Below, one piece after another: positions 35,587 to 49,489 of a DNA stretch of 64,000 nucleotides. Under the pieces are notes generated by a model that saw only the letters and a list, made by a program, of their open reading frames with translations, was not told where the DNA came from and did no database searches. The translations under genes and the position numbers were made by a program. The DNA comes from Octopus sinensis. Lineage: Eukaryota. The DNA lies in assembly GCF_006345805.1 (NCBI RefSeq), contig NC_043010.1:33108001-33172000 (forward strand). The letters are read 5' to 3'. Numbering within the stretch: the stretch's first letter is position 1; each line of letters begins with the position of its first letter.

Positions 35587-38500
35587 GTAAGAATAATGGC
35601 ACCTTGCATGCTTACTGAGATAGAGATATACACTTTCTGATTAACTTAATTAATATTTCATTTATCTCTACTCATCTGACAGGTGATAGAGTCAATTTAG
35701 AGAGCAAACTGTGTCACTGGGTGATTTGGGTATATTGACTTTGGATAAACACTGTTAAAATCGGGAATTGTCGACGTTCATGCCTTTCCCAAGGTCATGA
35801 ACCGACTTAAGTTAATTGAAATGATTGTAGATGTAACTGGGTATTGAAACCTTGGCTTGTGGTCTCGTCTCGCCGGAAGCTTGGCTAGTGCTCGTCATAA
35901 ACAATATACATATGTGTGTAACTGGATGACATTGATTAAGCATCTTACAATCGTTTATTTATTTGTTTTTAATATATGTTAACTAATCTCACCGTCATTT
36001 TCAATTTAAAGGCGGTCCGGATATGCAAGGTAAATGAACTATCTATTTCTCTTGGTTTGGAAAAAGCCCTATAGTTTAGTGCAGCGGTAAGTGGGGGCAG
36101 TGTTAGCGCCGTAAATGAACGTGCTTGAATCGAGGTTCGAAACCGCTTTGCTGACTTAGTTTGCATAGACGTTGAACCAGATATTTCACTGTAACCTGCT
36201 CACTTCCATTGTTCTGAATGTAAACCCTGTTGTAGAGGTACATTCACTTACATCCCTCCAGGATTCAACGAGATCGATCGATTCACTTGACACACACTCT
36301 CTCCCTATCTTTCTCTCACATACACATATTGGTTTCGTTTTCGTAAGTCATGATGCTCAACTTATTTCTTTAGAAATGATAGAACTACCGTACTCTTTTC
36401 AGTGTTTTGTATTCCCAGTCCAAATCCTGCCGGAAGCCAATTCTACCTTTGATCCCACCTTAGTTGACAATGTACTAGGGATATCGATTAAACCTGTTCA
36501 GCTTATCTCTTTCTCTGTGTGGTGCTAAAATAATATTTCATTTTTCTTGCTGTATGTGCGCTCTTATTTTTATTACAAAAATTCACTTATATCATATGTG
36601 GTAATCACTCCTAAAAGGGATAGTCATCTTCCGGTGATTTTGTCTCAATTGCTGGTTGCAGCACGTTGAAATGCACGCTTCTTTGGGAGTTAGCAGGGTC
36701 CATCATCCCATTGAAGGATCCCTTTAATAGTGATAAGTCAGTCACTGTCCGCTGATATGTAGGGAACCGTCTGCATTCCTTTTGTCACGGATATAGTTTA
36801 CAGTTGTTAGTAAACGAAATAGTAAGATACTATTCGTGTGCAGAGTTTTTTCAATATTTACAGTCGCGTGAAAGTCTGTGCCAAATCTATTTAAATAAAT
36901 ATTTATAAACTGTACGTTACCGTACATTTATTATTATGCCATTTCGTCACTGAATTCATTATCCAGCAATCGCATCTATCAATTACATTGATATGTTGAA
37001 ATACATTTTATTTCGTCATATTTCACCAATAAATCTTATCCTATCGAACCAATGAAGGAAGTCTCTAAGCTTCCCTCATTGTCCTGCCAGATAAAGCAGC
37101 CAAATCTGCCTTGAATCACATCCTTTCACTCAACCAACTATGGAATCTCTAGGTTGTTGTCCGACCTATTAGAAAGAGTAGCAAAATCTCCCTCATGATA
37201 CTGTACTGTCTTAAAAAGGAAAGGACACATTGGATAATGATATACCACAGATGACTAGGATAGTCATGAATGGAACACCTTTCCTCTTAAGTCTGTTCAA
37301 TGAAGACTGAACTGTGGCTACACAAGAATAACTGATAGTTCATCATACAATACATTGATATATATTGGACGAACATTTTATATAGCCTCGTCGCCATGTT
37401 CTGTGAGGTCGCTACCGTACTTCCTCTCTTTATCTCTTTCTCTATAATTTTTTTGTAATTATTATTTCATTTATGTAATTAATCATATTTACTTTTTAAT
37501 TTCTTTCTTATCAAAATGTATTCGACCAAAAACAGAAGTACCTAGGGAAAGGTGCTAATTTTTTAGATATTTATTTTTAAGCTCCACTAGTAATTAATGT
37601 CTTTATTTTTTGCGATGTTGTAAGTGGTCCTACCAACTGTGTGTGTATGTGTACGTGTGTGTGTGTGTCTGGTTGCCTCGTTAGTAGTAAGGAGAGAGAG
37701 GAGATGGTTGACTGTTGTGTTTTCTCTGCTTAACTCCCTCTACATTGAAATACCCGGGTAATTATCTTCTTTTTCCCCTACCGCTATTCGCTTAATCAGA
37801 CTGTGTTTCTATACATAAGGTGTATGTGTATGGTACTTTATTATAAGGTTTAAAAACCACAAGACTCTAACTGTGGAAGATTTGCTTGAAAGATCTTTTG
37901 AAACTCTGGTTTCTACTCTGTAATACACAGTTAAAATACTTACCTAGGACTATTGCATATTCCATAGTCAAAATTCTTGATTTATTTATTTAATTGTAGG
38001 CATTTCTCTGTGTATCAATGTCTATATATGCATGTCTGTTGATTTGATTTGTAAAGTCATGTAAATATCAGATGAGTTAATGTTTTCGTTGCGTTTGTTT
38101 TGTGGTTCTGTTTTTGTTGTTTTGTTTTTTAAGACTGACCAAATCATATCAAATACAAATTTGTTCGGAATTAGTAAGATTTTGTTGGAAAGTATAATGA
38201 CAATTATGTCTGTAGATACTTTGCTCTTTCTAATATGTATAATGAAAAATACTTGTTACTCCTCTGGCACATACAATCTGTGTGTAATGTATTGATTGCA
38301 TTGTTGATGCATTTATAGAACTCAACACTAATTTATGTCTTTCTACTGACAATGTTACCGTGGTATTTAGCTATTGTTATTTAGCATGAGATCGTTTCTG
38401 TCCTTGCCGTAGGATCGAACCGCGCACATCATACTTTGCCTTCATATATCTCCGATTTCCTCTCTATAAAATAAATTTCTTGTAAGAATGGACTTTGTCT

Positions 38501-40554
38501 CTCATCCCATTCTCATCCTTGTGACGATATTTCGATTCCGGCTTGAAACAATTACGCTACTCATGCTGTTTGCATATGAATTAGAGTGTCTTGTAGCAAG
38601 AAGTGTTGTCTACGTTTCACGTGGTTCTACTTTACCTTTCATTTTGACTTCGACGAAATTACGGTGCTTTCCAGTTATTGGCAGCCAACCATTTATTTAC
38701 AAAAGGATTAGTAAATAAACTATTATATACTCGAGGTGTGTGTAATAAAGCTGATCGGCAGACTTTCAGAATAGCTATCACTACCTCATGGAGAAGGAAA
38801 AGGGCAATGAACCGGGTGATGGGTCAATAGTTTATTTACTAATTTCCTTTCGTAAAGAAAAGAAAAAGACCGAAATTACTTCTATTAACAGCCAACGAGA
38901 GAGCATCTACTTGATCACACGACTTGTTAGAAATAGTAGCCAAATCTCCTTCAATCATCATTTTAAAAATGGAAATACAATTTGGTTAATGTTATCTAAG
39001 ATGGATCAAACACTAACGGAGGGATGATCGAGACTGGAATGCCTTTGATCATGCTTACTACCTTACAAATATTAAGCTGGTCGGTAATCACTTCTTGAGC
39101 CGATGAAGTTAAATCCCAGTTCTGGAGTTGATTTAATCCACTACAGCCCCCTACTGCTTTATATCCATATAATTATCTGTTTTGTTTATTTATTTTAGCA
39201 TTAATATTGATAATTTCCTTTAGATTAGCATATATATATTTGTGTGAGTGTGTTTGTATTCTATTTTCTGTTATTAAATTGTGGTCCATCTTCATCGCTC
39301 AACCTGCTAGAAATAGCAGTTAGATCTATCTCAAATTACGCCCTAACATCTCTTAGAAATGTAAAAACATTTGATAAGATTATGAAGTTCTTTGATGTAT
39401 GACTACTTTATAGGAAAGACTTGCGTATTTGGGTTAGACACGGAGGTAACATTTATACGTAGTAATAGTTGAACTTCAAAGCAATCGCCAACGAGCATTA
39501 TGATCACAGATAATCCAAACATGGCCATCATATAACTAGGACTACATCAAAATAACAGCCAAATGTCCCTAAAAACACTCCATCTTGTTGGTTTATTATT
39601 TCTCTGGAATTTAAACACAAGTTAATAAAATCAACTTAATGATTGTCATTTTTGTTTTCATAATTTTGTTGTTAATGAATTTCGACCGAATCGTGTTGAT
39701 ATTTAGGCCTAGATTAGTCCTGATTGTGTGTTGACCAATAATCTAGAACTGTTTGCTCAATATAACCTTTTTAAGACCCTAGGATGTAATTTTGATGAGT
39801 ATTTGGATCAACCATAAAGGTTCCTCTTGTATTGACTTCTAAAACTTGTAATTCCTGTTTAAATGTTTGTTCTTGAGCTGTTTTACATCTCTGTTATGGT
39901 TAAATGTTTGTGATTCAGTATATTACTAGTTAGAGGGGCTAATGTTTTCTTAAATGTGAAACACTGAGAAATTTTTAAACATCCAGTGATTGCATAGATC
40001 TATGTCAATCAAATGGTTCAAATAAGGTTACTACACAATAATTGTACCTAAAAAGATATCTGGAGAGACCAACCATTAACAAGGCTGGGCTAAGAAATTA
40101 CCTAGAAGAGAGAATTTATTAGGGAGCAACATCTGAAGATAATTTTTAGTTTCTTCAAATAGCCAACTTTTTTTATGATATTGATACTTGTTTTGTTATT
40201 ATAAAGACTCAAAATTTCAGCATTAACTAAGAAAACTGGTAAATGGAATGTCAATGTTTTGTGTTTTACAAGAAAAATTCTTTGGGTTATAAAGAAGCAC
40301 AGACATTACTAGGCTTTCTTCATGTTGGGAAAACCGTTACTAGCCTGTGAGATTTCATTTGTGATGGAATTTGATGAGAATCTAGACACTACAAACACTT
40401 TTCTACTTAACATATATGTAAATAGGAAGATACACTTATCTGAAAATATTATTTGGTTACATTTAAACTTTTGAACAGATAATGAGAGCAAGGTTGTTTT
40501 CAAGCTATTTACTTCATCCTTATAGATGAATATATATTTTTTAATCACACGTAT

Positions 40555-41529
40555 AGGGTGCATTCCAAAAGAAGTCTTTGAAAGTGGTGTCCAGGACCCT
40601 TATCACAGCTTCCTTCATCTTCTCGATGTCTTCAAAATGACTGCTACTAGAGTTCTCTTACAGCTTGGAGAACAACCCAAAGTTACAGAGAGCAGGGCCT
40701 GAACTGTGAGTAGGGTAAGGGACAGTCTTGATGGAATTGTGGACTTGTGCAGGTGCCACTAACTTATGGAAGAACCTTTGGCCTTTTGTGATGAAATCTC
40801 TTCCTGAACATCCTCAAAACATCTTCAAAGTACTCTGCTGACCACCTGACTGGAGGAAACTCAGTGGACTTGCTTTGCCTGGTTTTTTTGAGTCCGGCAG
40901 TGCCAGGATACTTCTATTAGGCACTCTGTCTCTTTGTTTCTGGATCATATCAGTAGATCCAGCTTTTATCACAGGTCACCAGAGACTTAAGTACTCTTAG
41001 ATTGGAGGTAATGAGTTCAACCATCTCCCTGCTGTCACTGGCATGTCTTTCATTCTGTTCATCATTGAGCATAAATTTTGTTCATGTTCAAATCTTCATG
41101 AATAATTGTGTGTACAGTTTCTGCACCACCTCCAAACTGTATGCTTACTGTCTTTATAAACACACAACAGTCTTCATTCAGAAAATTACAAATTTTCTAA
41201 ACCAGCTCTGATATTCTGACATCCCTTTCACATTCCTCATTGTCTCTCACCTTCTCTCTACCATCCTTGAACCTCTTGTACCTGCAAAAAACAGATGCTT
41301 TGGTTACACTAGTTAAGCTGTATGCAGTCTAGAGCATTTCATAAGTTTCTGAAATAGTGTTTAGTAAAGTGTGTTCAAAGTGGTTACTGCTGTCTCCTTC
41401 AATCTAGAATTAAAGTAGTTGGCAAGACAGCTTACTTGGTTGTATAGTAATGATAGACTAAAATTACAATAATATAGGGCAGTTATGATCGCCTCGCCTA
41501 AAAAAAAGTCTCAAACCTTCTGGAATGCA
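40555..41529 (-). mobile_element. Decayed mariner transposon
   Basis: TIR cores tgcattccaaaag and reverse complement tgcattccagaag. VTCDKSWIY*YDPETKRQS and LCNFGLFSKL. Confidence 0.8.
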
Positions 41530-43241
41530 ATGTGAATATTGTGCCAGACATGATTCTAATTATGAACCTTTATTTCCAAACTAAGGACAACATGCTTATC
41601 CATTTGAGCATTGCCCTAACAGATTAGATTCCTAGTCTGATTCTCATCCAATACCATGTATTCTTGGAAAATCACAAACCTAATAAGGAATGGAAGTTAA
41701 AAATGTTATGTATATATATATATATACATTGTGGCTAAAATACAGGAAAATTGAATTATTAACCTTCTCATATTTGTGTAAGTTATACTACAGTTGTAAG
41801 TATAATAATAGCCTGACTGTTTTAAATGTTTGGTATTGTATTAATATCAAGGTATCTATTAAATTTACTTCAGATTTTAAGAGGATGAACTGTAAGAAAT
41901 AATGTTTCCCAATAGACGTTGGGAGGCTCTAGAGCAGCTAGCCTGGTCTATGGTTAATTTAAATGTTATAGTCCAGTAATATAATTCATATTTATTTCTG
42001 TATATTTTTCATGGATTCATCATTTCCACTTATACTTTTCTGTGTTGGCATTGGTTGGATGGATTTATTTCAACACTGTCTTGTCACTTGTTGCAATCCA
42101 GGAGCCAACCACCCTGATATCAGACCACACATTTCTGCAGGTTCTTTCCACATGGATTGCAAGCAGTACCAGTGCAGTCTTGTCTCTTGCAAACTACAGC
42201 TGATACTGCTGAATCCCAATTTTTCTTTCTGCACATACTCTGTCATTCATGTATGTTCTTATTAAACATTCAACAAAGCATCTTTAACCCCTTTCTTTTC
42301 AGCCTTTCATATTCTCCACATTCAGTTCCCATGTCTTATTACAATGCAGTATCCTATTCTGTATGCAATTTCATACAATCTATCCTTTACTCAGACATAG
42401 ATCTTTGTTGCCTGCAAAAACAATAGTCCCCTGACATTTTTCCAGTTGGGTCTCGGGTCAACCAAAGCTTTCTGAGTGGATTTAGTAGACGGAAGTTGAC
42501 TGAGGCCTATTGTGTATTTCTGTATGTGTGTTTCTGCATTTTTGTGTTTGTTCCCCTGAAACTTGGTGGTAAGTGCTGGGGTCAGTTCATTCCACTAATG
42601 CCTCTCAAGATGCCCTTGCATGGATGTAGTCCAATGGCTGAAAAAGTAAAAGATAAAGAGGTGTGATTCTCCCCCTCTACTGTTTCTTTACATCCCTTAA
42701 CTTAGAGGTTTAGTACAGGAAACCAATCACATGAATACCAGACTTAAAAATAAGTACTGGGATCATGGCTGCAGTCAGATGTTTGAAACAAGTAAAAGAT
42801 AAAAATAACTGTACAACTCATGTTCATTCTTTCGTTTAATGTCCACCTTTCCATGCTAGTATTGCTTGGAGGGGAACTTATTTGAGGCAATTCAAGTAAA
42901 GTCTTTGAAAGCACTGAGTGACTAGTTGTAATGTTACCAATTATGTGTGAACATACCACAATATTACTCAGATATTGACAAACCAAGCCAGGCAATGTCA
43001 ACATTCATACATACTTGCATGCACACAACACAAACACATGCACAGATATGATTGTGTCTTAGATGAAAACCACTAATTTGCCTGTCAACAGTGCAGATAC
43101 TCTAAGTATAATACATAAATAGCTGTGTGGCACCGTGGGCCGGTGTCTTCAATTATAACCCCAAGCTGACTAGGGTCTTGTGAGTGGATTTCATTGATGG
43201 AAACTGTGTGTGTGTATGTATAAATGATACAACAAATGGGC

Positions 43242-43574
43242 TGAGGTTCACTACAGCTGTTTCAGATGTATTTTTTATTGATGAACAAATCAATTACATC
43301 ATGTAAAAAAAGTTTTCTTCAGGTGAATTACAAATTAAAATAGAATTTAACATTTAGGATTTTTCACACAAAGAGTATAGAATACATATTGACTTTCTCA
43401 ACTAGCACTGAGATGAGTCAGTATACATTCTATACTCTTTGTGTGAAAAATCCTAAATGTTAAATTCTATTTTAATTTGTATTTCACCTAAAGAAAACTT
43501 TTTCGTTTACATGATGATGTAATTGATTTGTTTATCGATAAAAAATACATCTGAAGCAGCTGTAATGAACCTCA
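43242..43574. repeat. 333-bp near-perfect palindrome (~160-bp arms, 8-nt loop)
   Basis: tgaggttcactacagctg..tttaggatttttcacacaaagagtatagaat mirrored by attctatactctttgtgtgaaaaatcctaaa..cagctgtaatgaacctca. Confidence 0.95.
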
Positions 43575-43759
43575 TTTCATTTTTGTTATTTATAGTACAC
43601 CAAACTTGGAACCTTCCCTGTGCTGGATCTTGATCATGAGGAAATATTACCTTATTTGGAAACAGGTAAATATTGGTGACAGGAAAGGATTGCAGCCATA
43701 AAAATATATGCCTCAACAACTTCCATCTGATCTATGCAAGCATGGAAAAGTGGACATTA

Positions 43760-44330
43760 AAACAATGAGTCCTTAATCTGGTTTCAATGTTTTTGCTCCA
43801 CTCATCAACACTGCTGATTAGGTCACCTAGGTAACAGAAGCTATCAGTGAATTTAACAAGTTTGAGATTTAAGCCTCTCAATTTCAGGACCTACTTCAGT
43901 GTTTGAAACTTGCATGTTTAATTCTGTGATTAATTTAACTGTGAGAACTAAGTCATTAGCATACAAGAATTTCCATAGTCAGCTGCTCTTGAATTCCTGT
44001 GTTATGACCTGGAGAACTATATAAGGGCTGACGGCTGAGCTCTGATGAATACCTACTTATATGCCCTCAGTGAACCCATTAACTCCCACTTTGTTGACAC
44101 ACCTTTGTACATAGCTTCCACTATTTTCTCAATTCATTCATCTTCAGTTTTATTAGTGACTGCCAAACTATGAAGTATAGTTTTCTGGAAAGGAACTTCA
44201 GCATCATCACTTAGCATCCATTTTCTATGCTGGCATAGGTTAGGCAGTTTGACTAACTAGTAAACTGGAGAGTTGCACCAGGCTCCAACATGTTTTGGCT
44301 TGCTTTCTACAACTGGTTGCCCTTCATGCT
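43760..44330 (-). mobile_element. Old RTE fragments (RT part and 3' tail)
   Basis: Minus strand LYANDL and SFCYLGD, homologous to 54340-54790. Tail-like sequence at 44205-44330. Confidence 0.65.
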
Positions 44331-45246
44331 TCATACTTCACCAAATTTCTTCAGCATCTCAGTAATCATCCATTGCTACTTTATCTACCTTTTTTTATAT
44401 CTTTCTATCTTGCCACAATCAAACCAATAGCTTGTCTCCCTTTTGGAACAACGCCTCTTTTTCTTCATATATTCTTTTCATTCAACAATGATTTATATCA
44501 ATTTCATACCTCTTTCTTCTCAGAATTGGTAAAGACAAGTACCAGTATCATATCATATGCACTTTTTCCTAGTAACATTCAGTTAACACAGGCATATCAG
44601 TTTAGCTTCTTTCCTTGCCAGATGTACCTACCTTCAAGCTACCTCACATCATTCCTTGCTCTACCCCACCTTTCCTTCATTCCTTCTCAACTTGTCTCTT
44701 CAGCTTTATATCTTGCCTAATTGTTCTGTCACAGTTCTCTATCTCCTCCCTTGATATAGATATCACCTAATGCATGAAAGTTCACTTGGTAAAGAGATCT
44801 TTTAGCTTTTATACCTTCCTTCTACAGGTTGTCTTCTGTCTCTGAGTTGATCTACTTCTTATCCTGAGGTCCTGATTGCTAGTCAATATAAGTGGCATGC
44901 TTTTCATCAGGATGTGGTGGGGTACTTGGTATTTATAATCTCAGCTGTCTCTCTTGTTGGAAATGAAATCTAACTGGCTTGTGTTCACCTGAGTGGTAGG
45001 TGATTATCTAATTGCTTGGTTGGTTTCTGAACATTTTTTTCCTTCTTATTGTTAATGTGTTGGTGCAGAGTTAAAATTGTAGTAAACTTAGTCTGCAACA
45101 TAGCTTCTATTTTCAATGAAAAAAAATATTGTCATAAGTCTTTAATGGCATAAGGAAAAACATGAAATTCTCTATTTGCTTAGATTTTTTTTTCTTCACA
45201 ACTCTCTCTTCATCCTGGTGTAAGAAATTATTGTTTTTGTAATGAA

Positions 45247-45390
45247 GGAGCATGGTCTAGTGGTTAGGGTGGTTGACTTATGTTCATAAAGTTTTCAGTG
45301 TACTCTTGGACCAGGTGGGTTGTTGTGTCCTTGAGCAAGGCACTTCATTTTACGTTGCTCCAGTCTACTCTTCTGAAAATGAGTACCAGC
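45247..45390 (+). mobile_element. tRNA-derived SINE head
   Basis: A box tggtctagtgg, core gtgtccttgagcaaggcact. Confidence 0.7.
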
Positions 45391-45711
45391 TCAGTGTTGG
45401 AGCAGCTCCCTCTTCCTCTAGCTGTCCCATCCTTGACATTTGTTCAGGTCAGGGGTGGAAGCATTGGATGAACATCTATGTTTCCTTGCAACTACATAGG
45501 CACCTAAAACAATTAGCAGAAGTATGGTACATGCAAGTAATGACTATAGTGATAGGGGTTGTAATAGAGATGGCATGTAGGAGTGTGAGATGGGATACTT
45601 TACAGTATCTGATTTATGCATCTTGTTTCAAATTACAAGTTCCAGATAGGTTAATTTTGCCAATCATCCTTCCAACTGCAATAAAGAAGCATTAATAAAC
45701 TAGTGATTATG

Positions 45712-46087
45712 TTCACTGACACAAAACGCCGCCGCCGTGGTGATCTCATTCTTGTTCACAACATCATAAGCGGAAAGTGTAACCTCTCGAAAGAGCTGTT
45801 CTTCACTCCTGCTCCAGGGCGTTGGCTGCGGGGTCACTCCGTAAAGCTCTATCTGCGACGATTTCATCTCAATCGAAGGAGAGGGGCTTTCTCCGTCCAT
45901 GTTGTGGATCCATGGAATAAGCTGCCAGACGAGATAGTGAAGATGCTGACGACCACTCAGTTCAAAGTCTCTCTTGACCAGAAATGGCATGAACTCTTTG
46001 CATGAACACCTTCCCTGTACATAACTCCATGTCCCCCTACATGGCCTTGCTTTTTGCTTTTTGAGCCAAAAAATTAACTTAACTTAA
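45712..46087 (+). mobile_element. 5'-truncated CR1-clade LINE 3' end
   Basis: RRRRGDLILVHNII..LRGHSVKL..RRGAFSVHVVDPWNKLPDEIV..FKVSLD, short UTR and (AACTT)n tail. Confidence 0.9.
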
Positions 46088-48204
46088 GCCTTTCATTTTA
46101 GAAGAATAAGTAGGGGAATTACTTTTAACTAGTGAAAGTGGTGGTAGATATAGATGTGTGCAGCAAATGCAACTACACTGATTTAGACTTATACATTGAG
46201 GTTGTTCATGTACAGAAACTAAGTTAACTGCAGATTGTTAGAATTATTAGGGCTTTGGATTTGTGTATTTGTTCTAGCACCAACATCATTTTTCACCTGT
46301 TTTCCATACTAGTATGAAGTGGGTGAGTTGATATAGTCTGACTCAGTTCTCGTTTAGAGTTATTGCCTTCTTAATTAGGTTGGATGACCATATCTTGCTT
46401 GTATGAAATGTTATCTTTCAGATGGTTTCTATAATTGAATACCTTAAAGTATACCATTTGCACTGGATAGTGTCTTGTTGCCAGCAAGTAAAGAATCCTC
46501 TCGAACTGTTCAATGCTCTCTTTATTTATTCAAGGCAAATGGCCAAGTGGATGAGTACAGAGAGAGAACCAAGGTTTGAAGGTGACAGAAGAAAGGGAAT
46601 GTGATGGAGGGACTGATTGATAGGGGCGATAAAGTGATCAAGGTGGGTAAAATAGAAGCAGGGACGGGTAGCATGAAGGATGTGATGAGGAAGAAGGGTA
46701 ATGAATGATAAAGAGTGAGTGAATGATGGTTAGCAATAAATAAGAATGTAGAAAGAATTGAATAATATGACTACATCTAATGGCATGGTAGGAGAGAGTA
46801 AGGATTGAATATGGACACATCCAGTGTCATCATTTGTTACAAAAATAATCAGAGATGAGAGATAAAAGGTAGTACACAATCAAGACTTAACAGAAACATT
46901 AGAAAGGGACCTGAATGTAGATAAACATCCCAACCTCCACCATTGTTTTAACTTCCATTTTGCCAAGTTTAGATGGCTGATCACAGAACAACTGATTTCT
47001 CTTATACCCAGATTTTCTCTCACAACATTACTATTCTGTTCATTATGCGCAATAATTTACCAATGTTTACTCACTTCATTTCTTTGTAGCCATCACAGCT
47101 GTTTCACATTCACTACCATACAACATTATGTTTCATATACAAGCATCATATAATCTGCTCTCCACTTGAAGAGAAAAACTCCTTAAGTAATAGCTTTCTC
47201 AATTTTTTCCACTCTGTTCTTTCTTTGGTTTCCTCTGCTTTTGCAGCACCCATTCCCCTCTGCTAATTTGATAACTTAGATGACAAGACCTATCAACTAC
47301 TTCTTGAGAGCCTTCCAAGTCATTGAAAGCATCTAATTTGTATTCATACTGTTGGTGCGCTTGTGCATTTATCATATATGAATTCTACCTTCCTTGTCAG
47401 CTTTCTTATGATCCTACTACACTTCTTGTGAGACACTAGATACACTGAATAGAATTTCTGAATTTATACCTATTCTTTTTCTATATATTGAACAAGGCCA
47501 TTTTCCTGATGGCAGTAGGGTCCTGCTTTCTTTCCTATTTACTAAAACTTATGTATTTGATAAGGATTTGCTTTCATGTCTGAAGTTTCTTCTGTAATTT
47601 ACAGATTTCGCTTGTGGCTAAATGAGGTCATAGGCATACAGGGGTTCTCAACTTGCAACCTGTCTTAAACTCTTCCGTGATGACCAAAAGGATTATAATA
47701 GATAGGAAGAAGCTGAGAATTGAATCTTGATAGACCCTTCCTGCTTGCTAAATTCATTGCTGTACTTACTGCTAACTCTCACCTTTGCTGACTACACCTC
47801 TCTACATGGCTTGCCCAGCATTGACAAGCTATTCATCTACCCTTCATTTAACTTAGACCACCAGATTACAGAGCATGATGCTCTATCAAAGGTCTTCCCT
47901 AGATCAGCAATGGTATGTAGAATGGTTTATTCACAGATGGGTATTTCTGTTGTCTCACTAGAAAGATGGCATCTATAGTGAAGTTTCAAGTTTGCATAGT
48001 ATTGTGGTTAGAATTTCTTGACATTTTAGACTTTTGTCAGAGAGAGAAAACGGTTTGTCCTTCACCTATCAAAGTGTTCCAAACATATTTTCTCTCTCTA
48101 ACAAAAGATTTGGTCTGAAATGACAGAAAAATCTCCCATGTCATTCATACATAAAAAAATACTTTCTGGTGTATATTTTAGGAGTTTTCATATAGACTGT
48201 TGTA

Positions 48205-48456
48205 TAAATCATGTGAGTAGTGCTAGGGCACCACCTTGAAGAACTTTTTAGTTGAATGAAACAAAAATAAGTAGTGGGCTTATTAATATACATACACGAC
48301 AGGCTTCTTTCAGTTTCCAGCGACCAAATCCACTCACACAGCATTGGTCAGTCCAAGGCTATAATAGAAGACGCTTTCTCAGGGTGCCACACAGTGGAAC
48401 TGAACCCGGGATCATGTGGTTGGGAAGCAAACTTCTTACCACACAGCCATGCCTGC
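48205..48456 (-). mobile_element. SINE (18640 family) ~160 nt upstream of the ELOC coding exon
   Basis: Reverse complement gcaggcatggctgtgtggtaagaagtttgcttcccaaccacatgatcccgggttcagttcc. Confidence 0.82.
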
Positions 48457-48622
48457 ATCTATTGCGTAATTTTATTTCATTAATCTTGGTGTTACCAGGT
48501 ATTCCTTCCACTAGTTTATTAATTGAACTGATCTGATTACTACAAGTAATGTTGTTGGTTTTATCTGTCACTTTTGAAATAATTCTAAAATCCTGTCAAT
48601 TTCTTTTAATTACCAGGCTTGA

Positions 48623-48844
<222 letters not shown>

Positions 48845-49489
48845 TGATTTGGGAAGGTGCACTGTCCCCAGAATAACTGAAAGGAGTTATTCCTGGGGTT
48901 AGTATTTATTTTGAATAATTGTTGCAGATTAATGTGGTGGAGAGAGAGATGCTGTTCTGAAAAAGACAGGTTGGGTAATACTGAATCTGATGTGGCAGAT
49001 AATATTGATGTGTGGAGTTAAAGAGGTGAGTTAACTAAATAGTTGTAAAAAAAAAAAGGCTTCAAAAATTAAGGTAAACTGGGACTGTTGCAAGAAAAGA
49101 AACAGGGAGGGCACAACTCTTCTGTGAAGACTCATTTTACATTTGGTTTTCATGCTGACATGGATCCAAGTCAGTTGTTGCTCAATTATTGCACTCTTTT
49201 GTGGGCGTGTTCCATTTTTGCATGGTTTCAATGACTTGTTTCATTTGCATCCATGTCTGCCACACTCAATATCCATAGGTCGTTACCTTCAATTTTGAAA
49301 AATTCTTACACAAGTGTTAATATGATCTGTCCTTCAAAAGAGAAACTCTTTCTGACCAACAGATGTAATAGTTGTTCACTGCACCTTTTTTGTTTTTTAC
49401 ACACTCTCCTGAATTGTTTAGGGTGGATTTTGTAGCTGGATATTCTTCCTAGTGGTCCAGGAGGTATTACTAGGGTTATTGTTTAGCTC

